Of a stretch of DNA of 64,000 nucleotides, positions 27,882 through 39,090 are shown in pieces. The translations under genes and the position numbers were made by a program. The notes beneath the pieces are model-generated. The model was not told the DNA's origin and made no database searches. It was given only the letters and a program-made list of their open reading frames with translations. The DNA comes from Pseudomonadota bacterium (GTDB lineage: Bacteria; Pseudomonadota; Gammaproteobacteria; Thiotrichales; Thiotrichaceae): the NCBI GenBank assembly GCA_002747455.1, contig PDPG01000041.1:14980-78979 (forward strand), in the 5' to 3' direction. Numbering within the stretch: position 1 is the stretch's first letter; every line of letters begins with the position of its first letter.

Positions 27882-29053
27882 GAATCACCTGGAACTCGCA
27901 CCCATCCTTCCATCAGAACCCTTGCGCTACGGCTCATCACCACTTTATTCACCGTCCAGCCGTTGTCTCCTTCACAGGCTTCTGCACCTACTTTCAAGGT
28001 TCCCGAAGGATGTCCAAAGGTCACGGCGTCGCGCTCGCCACCGCCTGCGGCTAAATTCACTAAGGTTCCCGGAATCGTTGCTGCAGTGCCAATGGCCACG
28101 GCGGCTGTTCCCATCATCGCGTGGTGCAATTTCCCCATCGACAAGGCGCGAACATTCAGGTCAATGTCACCCTTGTTAATCTGCTTACCGCTGGATGCAA
28201 CATAGGACTGCGGCGCACCCACAAAAGCCACCTTTGGCGTATGTTGCCGCGCTGCTGCTTCTGCAACGTCGTTAATCAATCCCATTTTCACCGCGCCATA
28301 GGCTCGAATAGTTTCAAACATGGCCAACGCCTTGTCATCCCCATTAATGTCTTCCTGCAACTCACAACCGGTATAGCCAATGGCGTCCGCATTTAAGAAA
28401 ATCGTCGGGATGCCCGCATTAATCATGGTGGCTTTAAACGTGCCCACACTCGGCACTTTCAGGTCATCCACCAGATTTCCCGTTGGGAACATGGCTTCAC
28501 TGGCATCTACCGGATTTACAAATGCCACCTGTACTTCTGCTGCTGGGAAGGTGACACCATCCAGTTCAAAGTCCCCTGTTTCCTGCACCTCACCATTCGT
28601 CATCGGCACATGCGCGATAATTGTTTTCTGAATATTCTTCTGCCAGATACGCACCACCGCAATCCCATTTTCAGGAATGTGATCGGCAGCCACCAAACCA
28701 TTACTAATCGCAAACGAGCCCACTGCCGCAGTCAGGTTGCCACAGTTTCCGCTCCAATCCACAAAAGGTTTATCAATCGACACTTGCCCAAACAGATAAT
28801 CCACATCATGATCCGGCTTTTCACTTTTTGATAAAATGACCGTTTTGCTGGTGCTTGATGTGGCACCGCCCATACCATCGGTTTGCTTACCGTAAGGATC
28901 AGGGCTGCCAATCACGCGCAGTAATAGCTTATCACGCGCCTCGCCTGCGACCTGGGCCGCTGGTGGAAGGTCAGTCAGCTTAAAGAACACACCCTTACTG
29001 GTTCCACCACGCATATAAGTTGCGGGAATTTTAATTTGTGGTGCATGTAGCAT
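27872..29053 (-). CDS. prpF: AcnD-accessory aconitate isomerase PrpF
   Basis: YMRGGTSKGVF, DGMGGATSSTSK, SGNCGNL, HHAMMGT, SRSARVLMEG. Confidence 0.97.
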   Translation of the reverse strand: MLHAPQIKIPATYMRGGTSKGVFFKLTDLPPAAQVAGEARDKLLLRVIGSPDPYGKQTDGMGGATSSTSKTVILSKSEKPDHDVDYLFGQVSIDKPFVDWSGNCGNLTAAVGSFAISNGLVAADHIPENGIAVVRIWQKNIQKTIIAHVPMTNGEVQETGDFELDGVTFPAAEVQVAFVNPVDASEAMFPTGNLVDDLKVPSVGTFKATMINAGIPTIFLNADAIGYTGCELQEDINGDDKALAMFETIRAYGAVKMGLINDVAEAAARQHTPKVAFVGAPQSYVASSGKQINKGDIDLNVRALSMGKLHHAMMGTAAVAIGTAATIPGTLVNLAAGGGERDAVTFGHPSGTLKVGAEACEGDNGWTVNKVVMSRSARVLMEGWVRVPGDSWE

Positions 29054-29091
29054 GGCCTACTCCTTCAAATCATCAAGTTTGTATTGGGATG

Positions 29092-29124
29092 AATGGGTGA
29101 TGCATCATATCTGCATCACCCATT
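29092..29124. repeat. Perfect intergenic hairpin between acnD and prpF
   Basis: AATGGGTGATGCA-7 nt-TGCATCACCCATT with no U-tract; more likely an mRNA-stabilising element than a terminator. Confidence 0.6.
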
Positions 29125-29138
29125 ATGAGGACGTTATC

Positions 29139-31745
29139 CTAAGCAGCATTGGACTGTAAAAAGTCCTGGGCAAAGCGCTGCAGTACGCCACCTGCGGCAT
29201 ACACAGACACTTCCTCAGCCGTATCCAAGCGACACTTCACCGGAATCTCAACACGCTCGCCATTGTTACGCTGCATAATCACCGTTAATGCCGCACCCGG
29301 CGCAATGTCACCGACCACATCAAAGGTTTCAGTCCCGTCAATCTGGTAGGTTTTTCGTGTATCGCCATTAACAAATTCCAGCGGCAACACACCCATGCCA
29401 ACCAGATTCGTCCGATGAATCCGCTCAAAACCTTCTGCAACAATGGTTTCCACACCAGCCAGACGCACACCCTTCGCCGCCCAATCACGCGACGAGCCTT
29501 GGCCGTAGTCCGCACCTGCAATAATAATCAATGGCTGAGCACGTTGCATATAGGTTTCAATCGCCTCCCACATACGCATTTGCTCACCTTCTGGTTCTAC
29601 CCGTGCCAGAGAGCCTTGAATAATCTCGCCATTCTCATCACGGCACATTTCATTCAGCAGCTTAGGATTGGCAAAGGTGGCACGTTGTGCCGTTAAGTGA
29701 TCACCACGGTGCGTTGCGTAAGAGTTAAAGTCTTCTTCCGGCAAGCCCATTTTGTGCAGATAAGCCCCTGCTGCACTGTCCAACAAGATGGCATTCGACG
29801 GCGATAAGTGATCGGTAGTAATGTTGTCACCTAACACGGCTAGTGGGCGCATCCCTTTCATAGTGCGCTCACCCGCTAATGCGCCTTCCCAGTAAGGCGG
29901 ACGACGAATGTAAGTGCTCTTTGGATTCCAGTTGTACAGCGGTGTTTCCGCTTCTTGAATCACTCCCAGATCAAACATGGGGTTGTAAACCTGCTGGAAC
30001 ATTTCAGGTTTTACACTGGACTCCACTATCGCATCAATTTCATCATCAGAAGGCCAGATGTCTTTCAGTGTAATGGGGTTGCCATCCTGGTCGCTCCCCA
30101 AGCTATCTTTTTCAATGTCAAAACGTATCGTACCAGCAATGGCGTAAGCGACAACCAAGGGCGGTGATGCCAAGAAGGCTTGCTTAGCATAAGGATGAAT
30201 ACGGCCATCAAAGTTCCGGTTGCCCGATAACACGGCAGTGGCATATAAGTCACGGTCGATAATTTCTTGCTGGATAACAGGGTCCAGCGCCCCCGACATG
30301 CCGTTACAGGTGGTACAGGCAAACCCCACGATACCGAAGCCAAGTTGCTCAAGCTCCGGCAACAAACCGGCTTCCTTGAGATACAGCTCGGCAACTTTTG
30401 AACCCGGCGCAAATGAGGTTTTTACCCAAGGCTTACGCACCAAGCCCAACTCATTGGCCTTACGTGCCACCAAGCCAGCAGCAACCACGTTGCGAGGGTT
30501 TGAGGTATTAGTGCATGAGGTAATGGCTGCGATAATCACCGCACCATCCGGCATTTTGCCTTCCGCTTCTTCGGTTTTTGCCTTATCCAAATCTTTAGCG
30601 ATACCACGAGCCGCCAGATCAGCCGTTGCCAGGCGACGGTGAGGATTAGATGGCCCAGCCATATTGCGCTCAACAGTTGACAGATCAAAAGTCAGCACAC
30701 GCTCGTATTTTGCATCCACCAGATCATCAGCCCACAGACCAGTTTGCTTTGCGTATTGCTCGACCAAGGCCACTTGCTCAGGCGCTCGGCCAGTGAGCTT
30801 TAAATAATCAATCGTTTGCTCGTCAATGTAGAACAAGCCAGCAGAAGCACCATATTCTGGCGTCATATTAGAAATCGTCGCACGATCACCGATGGTTAAA
30901 CCTTTGGTACCCTCCCCGAAAAACTCAAGATAGGACGAAACCACTTTTTCATTACGCAAAAATTCGGTAATCGCCAATACAATATCGGTCGCAGTAATCC
31001 CCTGCTTGCGCTCACCGCGTATATTCACGCCGATAATGGTTGGTACACGCATCATGGAAGGCAGCCCCAACATGACTGTTTCTGCTTCCAGACCACCGAC
31101 ACCAATCGCCATGACACCCAGTGCATCAACATGCGGCGTGTGCGAGTCAGTTCCCACACAAGTATCGGGGAAGGCAACGCCATCACGCGCTTGAATCACG
31201 GGTGACATTTTCTCCAGATTAATCTGGTGCATAATGCCATTACCCGCTGGAATCACGTCCACGTTTTTAAAGGCGGTTTTTGTCCACTCGATAAAGTCAA
31301 AACGATCCTTATTGCGACGATCTTCAATGGCCCGGTTTTTCTCGAAAGCATCCGCATCAAATCCTGGTGCTTCAACCGCCAGTGAATGATCAACAATCAA
31401 CTGTGTTGGCACAACAGGATTTACCTTGGCAGGGTCTCCCCCTTGATCCGCGATGGCATCGCGCAAACCGGCTAAATCTACCAATGCGGTTTGCCCCAAA
31501 ATATCGTGACAAACCACCCTGGCCGGATACCAGGGGAAATCCAGTTCTTGTTTATTGCCGATCAGCTGTTTGAGTGAATCAGTCAGGGTATCAGGGTTAC
31601 AACGACGAACTAACTGCTCTGCCAATACGCGAGAAGTATATGGCATGGCGGCATAGGCACCGGACTGGATGGCTTCCACTGCTTCGCGCGTGTCGTAGTA
31701 ATCCAGTTCAGTTCCTGCTAAATGTTTTCGATATTGAGTGTTCAT
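29139..31745 (-). CDS. acnD: Fe/S-dependent 2-methylisocitrate dehydratase AcnD
   Basis: RVVCHDILGQTALVDLAGLRD, AAITSCTNTSNP, FACTTCNGMSG; SD AGGAG before ATG 31745. Confidence 0.97.
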   Translation of the reverse strand: MNTQYRKHLAGTELDYYDTREAVEAIQSGAYAAMPYTSRVLAEQLVRRCNPDTLTDSLKQLIGNKQELDFPWYPARVVCHDILGQTALVDLAGLRDAIADQGGDPAKVNPVVPTQLIVDHSLAVEAPGFDADAFEKNRAIEDRRNKDRFDFIEWTKTAFKNVDVIPAGNGIMHQINLEKMSPVIQARDGVAFPDTCVGTDSHTPHVDALGVMAIGVGGLEAETVMLGLPSMMRVPTIIGVNIRGERKQGITATDIVLAITEFLRNEKVVSSYLEFFGEGTKGLTIGDRATISNMTPEYGASAGLFYIDEQTIDYLKLTGRAPEQVALVEQYAKQTGLWADDLVDAKYERVLTFDLSTVERNMAGPSNPHRRLATADLAARGIAKDLDKAKTEEAEGKMPDGAVIIAAITSCTNTSNPRNVVAAGLVARKANELGLVRKPWVKTSFAPGSKVAELYLKEAGLLPELEQLGFGIVGFACTTCNGMSGALDPVIQQEIIDRDLYATAVLSGNRNFDGRIHPYAKQAFLASPPLVVAYAIAGTIRFDIEKDSLGSDQDGNPITLKDIWPSDDEIDAIVESSVKPEMFQQVYNPMFDLGVIQEAETPLYNWNPKSTYIRRPPYWEGALAGERTMKGMRPLAVLGDNITTDHLSPSNAILLDSAAGAYLHKMGLPEEDFNSYATHRGDHLTAQRATFANPKLLNEMCRDENGEIIQGSLARVEPEGEQMRMWEAIETYMQRAQPLIIIAGADYGQGSSRDWAAKGVRLAGVETIVAEGFERIHRTNLVGMGVLPLEFVNGDTRKTYQIDGTETFDVVGDIAPGAALTVIMQRNNGERVEIPVKCRLDTAEEVSVYAAGGVLQRFAQDFLQSNAA

Positions 31746-31867
31746 GGAGTCTCTCCTTTGCCAAGTGCTCAAGGGGCTGTCCTCCCCTAAATAAAAACGC
31801 TGATGGGCGACCTCTTCACTTGCCGCCCACCATTTTGACTCGTTTGAATTATTGTCAATCGGTACGT

Positions 31868-33022
31868 TTAGTCACGCTCATCCAGCGGCACGTACTTTTG
31901 ATCTTCAGGACCAATGTAGTTGGCTGAAGGACGGATGATCTTGCCATCCTGACGTTGCTCGATTACGTGTGCGCCCCAACCGGAGGTACGTGCAATCACG
32001 AACAATGGCGTGAACATATCCGTTGGTACGCCCATTTGCTCGTAAGACACGGCTGAGAACCAGTCCAGGTTCGGGAACATTTTCTTCTCTTCCCACATCA
32101 CCGACTCCAGACGTTCCGCAATATCGAACATCTTCATGTCGCCATTGGACTCGGACAGCTGCTTGGCCACCCGCTTAATGACCTCGTTGCGAGGATCAGA
32201 CACCGTGTATACCGGATGCCCAAAGCCGATAACAATTTCTTTGCGCGCCATTCGCTCACGAATATCTGCTTCGGCCTCATCCGCACTGCGATAACGCTTT
32301 TGAATTTCTGAGGCCACCTCGTTAGCACCACCATGCTTTGGCCCACGTAATGCGCCAATTGCTGCCGTGATACAGGAGTGCATATCTGAGCCTGTTCCAG
32401 CGACCACACGACCCGTAAACGTGGATGCATTGAACTCATGTTCTGCGTATAAAATCAGCGACGTGTGCATCGCTCTTACCCATTCTTCCGGTGGCTTTTC
32501 ACCGTGTAATAGATGCAAGAAGTGGCCACCGATGGAGTCATCATCCGTCTCAACATCAATACATTTGCCATTAACACTGAAGTGATACCAGTACAGCAGC
32601 ATGGAACCAAAGCTGGCCATTAGGCGATCCAGAATATCGCGGGCTTCTGCTTCAGGATGGGTATCTTTTTCGGTCAGGCACGTTCCCAATACAGAACAGC
32701 CGGTACGCATCACATCCATCGGGTGCGCTGAAGGCGGAATGCTTTCTAGTGTGGCCATAACAGCGGCAGGCAAGCCACGCATTGACTTCAGCTTTGCCTT
32801 GTACTTTTTCAATTCTGCCTTGTTTGGCAATGTGCCATGAACGATCAGGTGAGCAATTTCTTCAAACTCAGCCTGCTCTGCAAACTCCAGAATGTCATAG
32901 CCGCGGTAGTGTAAGTCATTACCTGTGCGTCCCACCGTACAGACAGCGGTATTACCGGCCGCCGTCCCTGAAAGGGCAACGGATTTTTTGGGTTTAAATG
33001 CGGGTTTGGTTTGCTCGGTCAT
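31868..33022 (-). CDS. prpC: 2-methylcitrate synthase
   Basis: [39 protein letters not shown]. Confidence 0.97.
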   Translation of the reverse strand: MTEQTKPAFKPKKSVALSGTAAGNTAVCTVGRTGNDLHYRGYDILEFAEQAEFEEIAHLIVHGTLPNKAELKKYKAKLKSMRGLPAAVMATLESIPPSAHPMDVMRTGCSVLGTCLTEKDTHPEAEARDILDRLMASFGSMLLYWYHFSVNGKCIDVETDDDSIGGHFLHLLHGEKPPEEWVRAMHTSLILYAEHEFNASTFTGRVVAGTGSDMHSCITAAIGALRGPKHGGANEVASEIQKRYRSADEAEADIRERMARKEIVIGFGHPVYTVSDPRNEVIKRVAKQLSESNGDMKMFDIAERLESVMWEEKKMFPNLDWFSAVSYEQMGVPTDMFTPLFVIARTSGWGAHVIEQRQDGKIIRPSANYIGPEDQKYVPLDERD

Positions 33023-33025
33023 TGC

Positions 33026-33907
33026 TTAGCCCTCTTCCTTAAATAATGCATCTAACTTTTGCTCGTAATCGTGATAACCCAGATAGTCGTATAAATCCAT
33101 CCGTGTCTGCATGGTGTCCAGTACGCCTGCCTGAGTACCCTGCTCCCGTAATTGGGTATAAACATTCAGGGCCGCCTGATTCGCCGCGCGGAATGCTGAC
33201 AACGGATACAGCGCGATACTTACATCCGCAGAAGCCAGCTCGTCGGTGGTAAATAATGGTGTCGAGCCGAACTCCGTGATATTGGCCAAAATGGGAACAC
33301 CCACAGCCTCAGCAAACTGCTTGTACATCTCAAGATCAGTCATTGCCTCTGGAAAAATCATGTCGGCCCCGGCTTCCACACAGGCACACGCTCGATCAAT
33401 CGCGGCATTTAAGCCCTCCACTGCAAGCGCATCAGTACGCGCCATGATGACGAACTCAGGATCTGTTTTTGCATCCACCGCAGCTTTAATGCGATCGACC
33501 ATTTCCGCCTGTGACACAACCGCTTTATTTGGGCGATGTCCACAGCGCTTCTGTGCAACCTGATCTTCAATATGCACAGCGGCAGCACCCGCCTTGGTAA
33601 AGGCACGAACAGTACGGGCAATGTTAAATGCGCCTCCCCAACCAGTATCAATATCCACCAACACCGGCAGCGTGGTCACCTCGGTTATACGACGCAAATC
33701 AATCAGTACGTCTTCCATCGTAGTAATTCCCAGGTCAGGAATACCACAAGAACCTGCGGCCACACCACCACCAGAGATATACAGTGACTTATAGCCACTT
33801 GCCTCAGCCAGTCTTGCGTGATAGGCGGTTGTCGCACCCACACACTGCAAGGGTTTCTCAGCTTTAATCGCTGCGCGGAATTTCGCGCCTGCTGACTCAA
33901 TACTCAT
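33026..33907 (-). CDS. prpB: 2-methylisocitrate lyase
   Basis: [43 protein letters not shown]. Confidence 0.97.
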   Translation of the reverse strand: MSIESAGAKFRAAIKAEKPLQCVGATTAYHARLAEASGYKSLYISGGGVAAGSCGIPDLGITTMEDVLIDLRRITEVTTLPVLVDIDTGWGGAFNIARTVRAFTKAGAAAVHIEDQVAQKRCGHRPNKAVVSQAEMVDRIKAAVDAKTDPEFVIMARTDALAVEGLNAAIDRACACVEAGADMIFPEAMTDLEMYKQFAEAVGVPILANITEFGSTPLFTTDELASADVSIALYPLSAFRAANQAALNVYTQLREQGTQAGVLDTMQTRMDLYDYLGYHDYEQKLDALFKEEG

Positions 33908-34207
33908 GCTATTTACTCCAAGAAAGGCTCGTGCTGTTGCCAGTCACGCCCTTATAAAATACAAAACTCCAAATGGCACTCACCGCTTTTTGTGAATACC
34001 GCAGATCATCCATGCAATGATTAACTTTTGAAGCTGACCTTTAAAGTCATCCGCCGCCCCAAATACTGCGCACTCGGCGATGAATTTCCTCACACTTCGG
34101 CATAGCCAACCTCCTCAGATTTGCGTATTAAAAGCAGTAATAAAGACACTGCTCCATTGTGTATTGGCGGTCATACTAGCACCCGCAAGAAGTGTTTCCC
34201 AAGCACT

Positions 34208-34250
34208 AAAAAAGGCCGGAACGCTTCTGAAACGTTATCCGGCCTGTTTT
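34208..34250 (-). terminator. Rho-independent terminator after mqo
   Basis: Minus strand AGGCCGGATAACG..CGTTCCGGCC followed by T6. Confidence 0.75.
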
Positions 34251-34339
34251 GCGAAAGGATCAATATAGACTATTAAATCGCCTGATAGCTAACCACCTCT
34301 ATAATGAAAAAACATCATTAAAATAATGAGTTAACTGAT

Positions 34340-35839
34340 TCATTCACTGCTGTAGTGGTCATCGAGTTTAAGTGTACTCAGGGTGTATTTACGCACACGA
34401 TGTAATAGCTCAGCATCCCCATCTAAAGATTCACCATAAGACGGAATCACTTGCTTTAAACGTACTTTCCAGTCGCCATTTTCCATCTGTTCCTGGAAGC
34501 CTTTTTCGATGACCTTAACCATCGTCTGTACCGCTGTCGATGCCCCCGGCGATGCACCCAGCAACGCCATCAAGCTGGCATCTGCAGAGGATACAACCTC
34601 CGTACCAAACTCCAACTTTCCACCTTTCTCAGCATTTTTCTTAATAATCTGCACGCGCTGACCAGCAATAGCCAACTCCCAGTCTTCATTCTTGGCTTCT
34701 TTATAAAACAAGCGCAGTGTATCCATGCGATCTTCAAACGACAGGCGTACTTCTTTAATCAGGTAACGGGTCAAATCCATATTGTCGCGGGCGACCGAAA
34801 GCATTGGCACCAGGTTATTGAATTTAATCGTTTTGATCAGATCAAGGTACGAACCCTGTTTCAAAAACTTTGTGGTGAAACCGGCAAAAGGTCCAAACAA
34901 CAAGGCTTTTTTACCACCGATAATTCGGGTATCCAGATGTGGAACCGACATTGGTGGCGCACCAATAGGCGCTTTACCATAAACTTTCGCATGATGTTGC
35001 TCGACAACTTCAGGCTTGTGACAAACCAGCCACTGTCCACTTACTGGAAAACCACCGTAACCATCGGCTTCGGGAATGCCAGATTTTTGTAAGAGTGACA
35101 GTGCACCACCCCCAGCTCCTAAGAAAACAAATTTAGCGCGAACAACTTTCTGCAGACCTGTCAAAGTGTCTTTCATGACAACTTCCCACTCGCCATTGTC
35201 GCGTCGGTACAGGTCTTCTACATTGGTACTTACCCAAAGATCGAAGTTATCACACTTGCGTAAGTGACGAACCAGACTACGGGACACCTGCCCAAAATCA
35301 ACGTCCGCACCATAACGTACCCGCGTTGCCGCCACCTTCTGATTTGGGCTGCGACCTTCCATGATCAATGGCATCCACTCACGCAAAACTTCAGGATCCT
35401 CGGAGTATTCCATGTCCTTGAACAAGTGGTGGGAATGCATCGCCTCATAGCGTTTGCGAAGAAAATCCACATTACCTTCACCCCAAACAAAACTTATGTG
35501 AGGAGCAGGGTTAATGAAGTTTGATGGCTCTGGCAAAACCTGTTTTTCCACCAGATAGGACCAAAACTGCAAACTAAATTCAAACGCCGGATTGATAAAT
35601 TCAGGCTTACCCGTATCTATACTACCGTCCGCTTTAACCGAGGTGTAATTAAGCTCACAATATGCCGCGTGGCCTGTTCCGGCATTATTCCAACCACTTG
35701 TGCTCTCTTGCGCACCCTTGCCCAACCGCTCGACCATCAACATGGACAGGTTCGGATCCAGTTCATTCAGCAGTGCGCCCAGCGTACTACTCATTGCACC
35801 AGCACCGACCAGCAGTACATCTACGTGTTTATCTATCAT
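34340..35839 (-). CDS. mqo: Malate:quinone oxidoreductase
   Basis: GAGAMS FAD motif, NNAGTGHAAYCELNY, APPMSVPHLDTR, LLGASPGASTAV. Confidence 0.97.
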   Translation of the reverse strand: MIDKHVDVLLVGAGAMSSTLGALLNELDPNLSMLMVERLGKGAQESTSGWNNAGTGHAAYCELNYTSVKADGSIDTGKPEFINPAFEFSLQFWSYLVEKQVLPEPSNFINPAPHISFVWGEGNVDFLRKRYEAMHSHHLFKDMEYSEDPEVLREWMPLIMEGRSPNQKVAATRVRYGADVDFGQVSRSLVRHLRKCDNFDLWVSTNVEDLYRRDNGEWEVVMKDTLTGLQKVVRAKFVFLGAGGGALSLLQKSGIPEADGYGGFPVSGQWLVCHKPEVVEQHHAKVYGKAPIGAPPMSVPHLDTRIIGGKKALLFGPFAGFTTKFLKQGSYLDLIKTIKFNNLVPMLSVARDNMDLTRYLIKEVRLSFEDRMDTLRLFYKEAKNEDWELAIAGQRVQIIKKNAEKGGKLEFGTEVVSSADASLMALLGASPGASTAVQTMVKVIEKGFQEQMENGDWKVRLKQVIPSYGESLDGDAELLHRVRKYTLSTLKLDDHYSSE

Positions 35840-35963
35840 GGTTCAAACTCGCCAGAAATTACAAAAGAAACCTGCCACCCGTTGTCTCTGATGGCACACG
35901 AGTCACCCCCAACGCATCGTGTGGGAGTCACTCATTAGTCTTACAATCCGTTCTACCGTATCG

Positions 35964-38804
35964 TCAAATCAGATTGAGCGTCGTAGCAATCACTCTCTTC
36001 TGTGCAACATCATGAGCCTTGGAGCTGCCTTCCGCTGGAGCAGCCATAGAGGCGCGTGTCACCGGAATCAATGTCGCCCCCTCACCCAAAACCTCACGAA
36101 TGTTTGGCTGAATGCTTAACCACGCACCCTGATTAAATGGCTCTTCCTGAGTCCACTTGTAACGCTCAATATTCGGATATTTATCCAGCACTGCTTTCAA
36201 GTCAGCAGCCGGAAATGGGTAAAGTTGCTCAAGACGAACAATCGCAATATTGTCAATTGACTCGGCACGTCTACGCTCTAACAACTCGTAATATACCTTA
36301 CCGCTACACAGCACCATTTCAGTGGCCTTCGCAGGGTTCAATTCATCCACTTCATCAATCACATTCTGGAAGCCACGCTCGGTGTAGTCGGCCATCTCAT
36401 TCACCGCCAATGGGTGACGTAGTAAGCTTTTCGGAGTCATAACGATCAATGGTGTACGATACTCACGTTTGATCTGGCGACGCAACATGTGAAAAACTTG
36501 AGCCGGCGTACTCGGCACACACACTTGCATATTATCCTGCGCGCACAACTGCATAAAGCGCTCCAGACGAGCTGATGAGTGCTCAGGCCCCATCCCTTCA
36601 TAGCCATGCGGCAATAACATAATAAGCCCACAATGCAACGCCCACTTCTGATATGCCGAACTGATAAACTGGTCAATCACCATCTGTGCGCCATTGGCAA
36701 AGTCACCAAACTGCGCTTCCCAGATAACCATTTTATCTGGCTCTGTCGTGGCATAACCGTACTCAAACGCCAGTACTGCCTCTTCTGATAATAAGGAATC
36801 AATAATGGCAAAAGACCGTGGCTTATCGTCAATATGCTCCAGTGGAATAAAACACTCGCCAGTAGTTTGCTCATGGAATACCGCATGACGATGGAAGAAC
36901 GTACCACGCCCCACATCTTCACCGGAAATACGGATTGGATTTCCTTCTTCCAGAATGGAAGCATACGCCAGATTCTCACCAAAGCCCCAGTCTGTGGGCA
37001 CTTCCTGGTTGGCCATCTGCACACGTTTCTTCACAATCGCCTTAACACGCGCATTCAGTGAAAAGTCATCCGGTGTCTTGGTAATCGCTATTCCCAAACG
37101 CTGGAACATCTCTGCACTAATCGTGGTATCAACTTTTTCATCCCAACGGGATCCCGTAAAACGACTCCAGTTGACTGGAAAGTCTTGTACATGCACTCCG
37201 GGGGGGATCAGGTGTGGCACTGTCTCAACACCATCTTCCAACGCCTTACGATAATCAGCGATATATGAGGCGACTTCCTCTTTGCTCACCACACCCATGT
37301 CAATCAGCTTATTAGCATAACGCGTCTGTGTAGTTGGCAGTGCCTTGATTTTTTTGTACATCAATGGCTGAGTTGCCGAAGGCTCATCCGCCTCATTGTG
37401 TCCGTGACGACGGTAACACACCAGATCAATAAACACGTCTTTACGGAATTTCAGACGATAATCAACTGCCAGGCGCGTTACATTAACCACCGCTTCAGGG
37501 TCATCGGCATTAACATGGAATACTGGCGAACCAACCATTTTGGCAAGGTCTGTACAGTACTCTGTTGAGCGGGCATCTCGAATTGCTGATGTGGTGAAGC
37601 CAATTTGGTTATTCACCACGATATGGATCGTGCCATTAGTGTGATAACCCCGCGTATCCGACATGTTCAACATTTCCATGTTGACGCCTTGACCGGCCAA
37701 GGCGGCATCCCCGTGAATGACCACGGGCAATACAGAGCGTCGCGCATCTTCAGGGTCACGACGATCCTGACGGGCGCGCGAAGCCCCTTCCACCACAGGG
37801 CCAACAATCTCAAGGTGAGATGGGTTAAAGGCCATAGCCAAATGAACCGGGCCACCTGGTGTTTGCATGTCGGATGAGTAACCCATGTGGTACTTCACGT
37901 CGCCGGAACGACCACCACTGTCCACACTGCCTGCAAACTCATTAAACAACATGGCCGGCGATTTTCCCATGATGTTGATTAATACATTCAGGCGGCCACG
38001 GTGCGCCATACCGATAACAATTTCACGTGTGCCATTCTTGCCAGTACGCTGAATCAGCTCATCCAGCAAGGGAATCAGACTATCACCACCTTCCAGAGAG
38101 AAGCGTTTTTGGCCCACAAATTTTGCATGTAAATAACGCTCAAGCGTCTCCGCTGCCACTAACTGCTTCAGCAGATATTTACGGGTATCAGCGTCATACG
38201 AAGGTTTTAGGGTGTGGCGTGTCAACTCCTGCTGAATCCAACGCTTCTCATCCGAGTTGGAGATATACATATACTGTGCGCCCGTAGTCGAACAGTAAAC
38301 AGCCTCCAGTTGGGCAATAATGTCACGCAGCTTTGCATCACCAATACTGGTCATTGAACCGGAGTTAAAGACAGTATCCAGGTCCGCATCACTTAACGAG
38401 TGATAAGCCAGCGTCAACTCAGGAACAACGACCTCCTCCCCTTCTTTCAACGGGTTGATGTTCGCTTTCATATGCCCCAGCAAACGGTAAGCATTAATCA
38501 GTTGCAGAACATTTACTTGCTTTTCGCGATGCTCAATATCTTCACTGGCCGGAGCCGATGCCGCCTGTGCGCGAAAACCCAGATTGCGGAACAAATCACG
38601 TTTGGCGGAATGGAAGGCTTCAGTCGCCCCCTGAGTTTCAACATCCTGAGGTAACTCGTCGAAATACCGCTGCCAGTTTGCTGACACGGACTGCGGATCT
38701 TCAAGATACGACTCGTACATCGACTCAAGATACGCCGCACTATCACCATCCAGCAGTGAATCCTGTTTCATTTTTTCAAAAAGACTTTGTTCTGTTATTG
38801 CCAT
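35964..38804 (-). CDS. sucA: 2-oxoglutarate dehydrogenase E1
   Basis: GQKRFSLEG, GMAHRGRLN, GDVKYH, HGDAA, YRRHGHNEADEP, GYEGMGPEHSSARLER. Confidence 0.98.
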   Translation of the reverse strand: MAITEQSLFEKMKQDSLLDGDSAAYLESMYESYLEDPQSVSANWQRYFDELPQDVETQGATEAFHSAKRDLFRNLGFRAQAASAPASEDIEHREKQVNVLQLINAYRLLGHMKANINPLKEGEEVVVPELTLAYHSLSDADLDTVFNSGSMTSIGDAKLRDIIAQLEAVYCSTTGAQYMYISNSDEKRWIQQELTRHTLKPSYDADTRKYLLKQLVAAETLERYLHAKFVGQKRFSLEGGDSLIPLLDELIQRTGKNGTREIVIGMAHRGRLNVLINIMGKSPAMLFNEFAGSVDSGGRSGDVKYHMGYSSDMQTPGGPVHLAMAFNPSHLEIVGPVVEGASRARQDRRDPEDARRSVLPVVIHGDAALAGQGVNMEMLNMSDTRGYHTNGTIHIVVNNQIGFTTSAIRDARSTEYCTDLAKMVGSPVFHVNADDPEAVVNVTRLAVDYRLKFRKDVFIDLVCYRRHGHNEADEPSATQPLMYKKIKALPTTQTRYANKLIDMGVVSKEEVASYIADYRKALEDGVETVPHLIPPGVHVQDFPVNWSRFTGSRWDEKVDTTISAEMFQRLGIAITKTPDDFSLNARVKAIVKKRVQMANQEVPTDWGFGENLAYASILEEGNPIRISGEDVGRGTFFHRHAVFHEQTTGECFIPLEHIDDKPRSFAIIDSLLSEEAVLAFEYGYATTEPDKMVIWEAQFGDFANGAQMVIDQFISSAYQKWALHCGLIMLLPHGYEGMGPEHSSARLERFMQLCAQDNMQVCVPSTPAQVFHMLRRQIKREYRTPLIVMTPKSLLRHPLAVNEMADYTERGFQNVIDEVDELNPAKATEMVLCSGKVYYELLERRRAESIDNIAIVRLEQLYPFPAADLKAVLDKYPNIERYKWTQEEPFNQGAWLSIQPNIREVLGEGATLIPVTRASMAAPAEGSSKAHDVAQKRVIATTLNLI

Positions 38805-38817
38805 GATAATGTTTAGC

Positions 38818-39075
38818 CTAAATAAGTGCTGTTGGACTCAGGATAACGCCGTATTCATCGGCACACACAAGGTCGCTGGTTGCAAAGCGAGCGCTCACAA
38901 ACCTGACTGCTCCGTTATGCGATCCTTTGTTATTTTTAACGCCTCTCAGCGGCGGGTTCCGAGTACCTTAACACCCAGATCCATTGCTTTGATATCCGCA
39001 GAATCACGAATTAACCCGTGGATAATAACACCTTTCCCACCGTTCGCCACGGCTTTTGCGCCAGTCTTGATATTC
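38818..39075 (-). pseudogene. rraA: Frameshifted, 5'-truncated RraA-family remnant
   Basis: Reassembled frames read LAQ(K)AVANGGKGVIIHGLIRDSADIKAMDLGVKVLGT / PLRGVKNNKGSHNGAVRFVSARFATSDLVCADEYGVILSPTALI*, with apparent single-base deletions near 39055 and 38952; stop TAG at 38818-20. Confidence 0.75.
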
Positions 39076-39090
39076 CTGTTATCATCGTGC

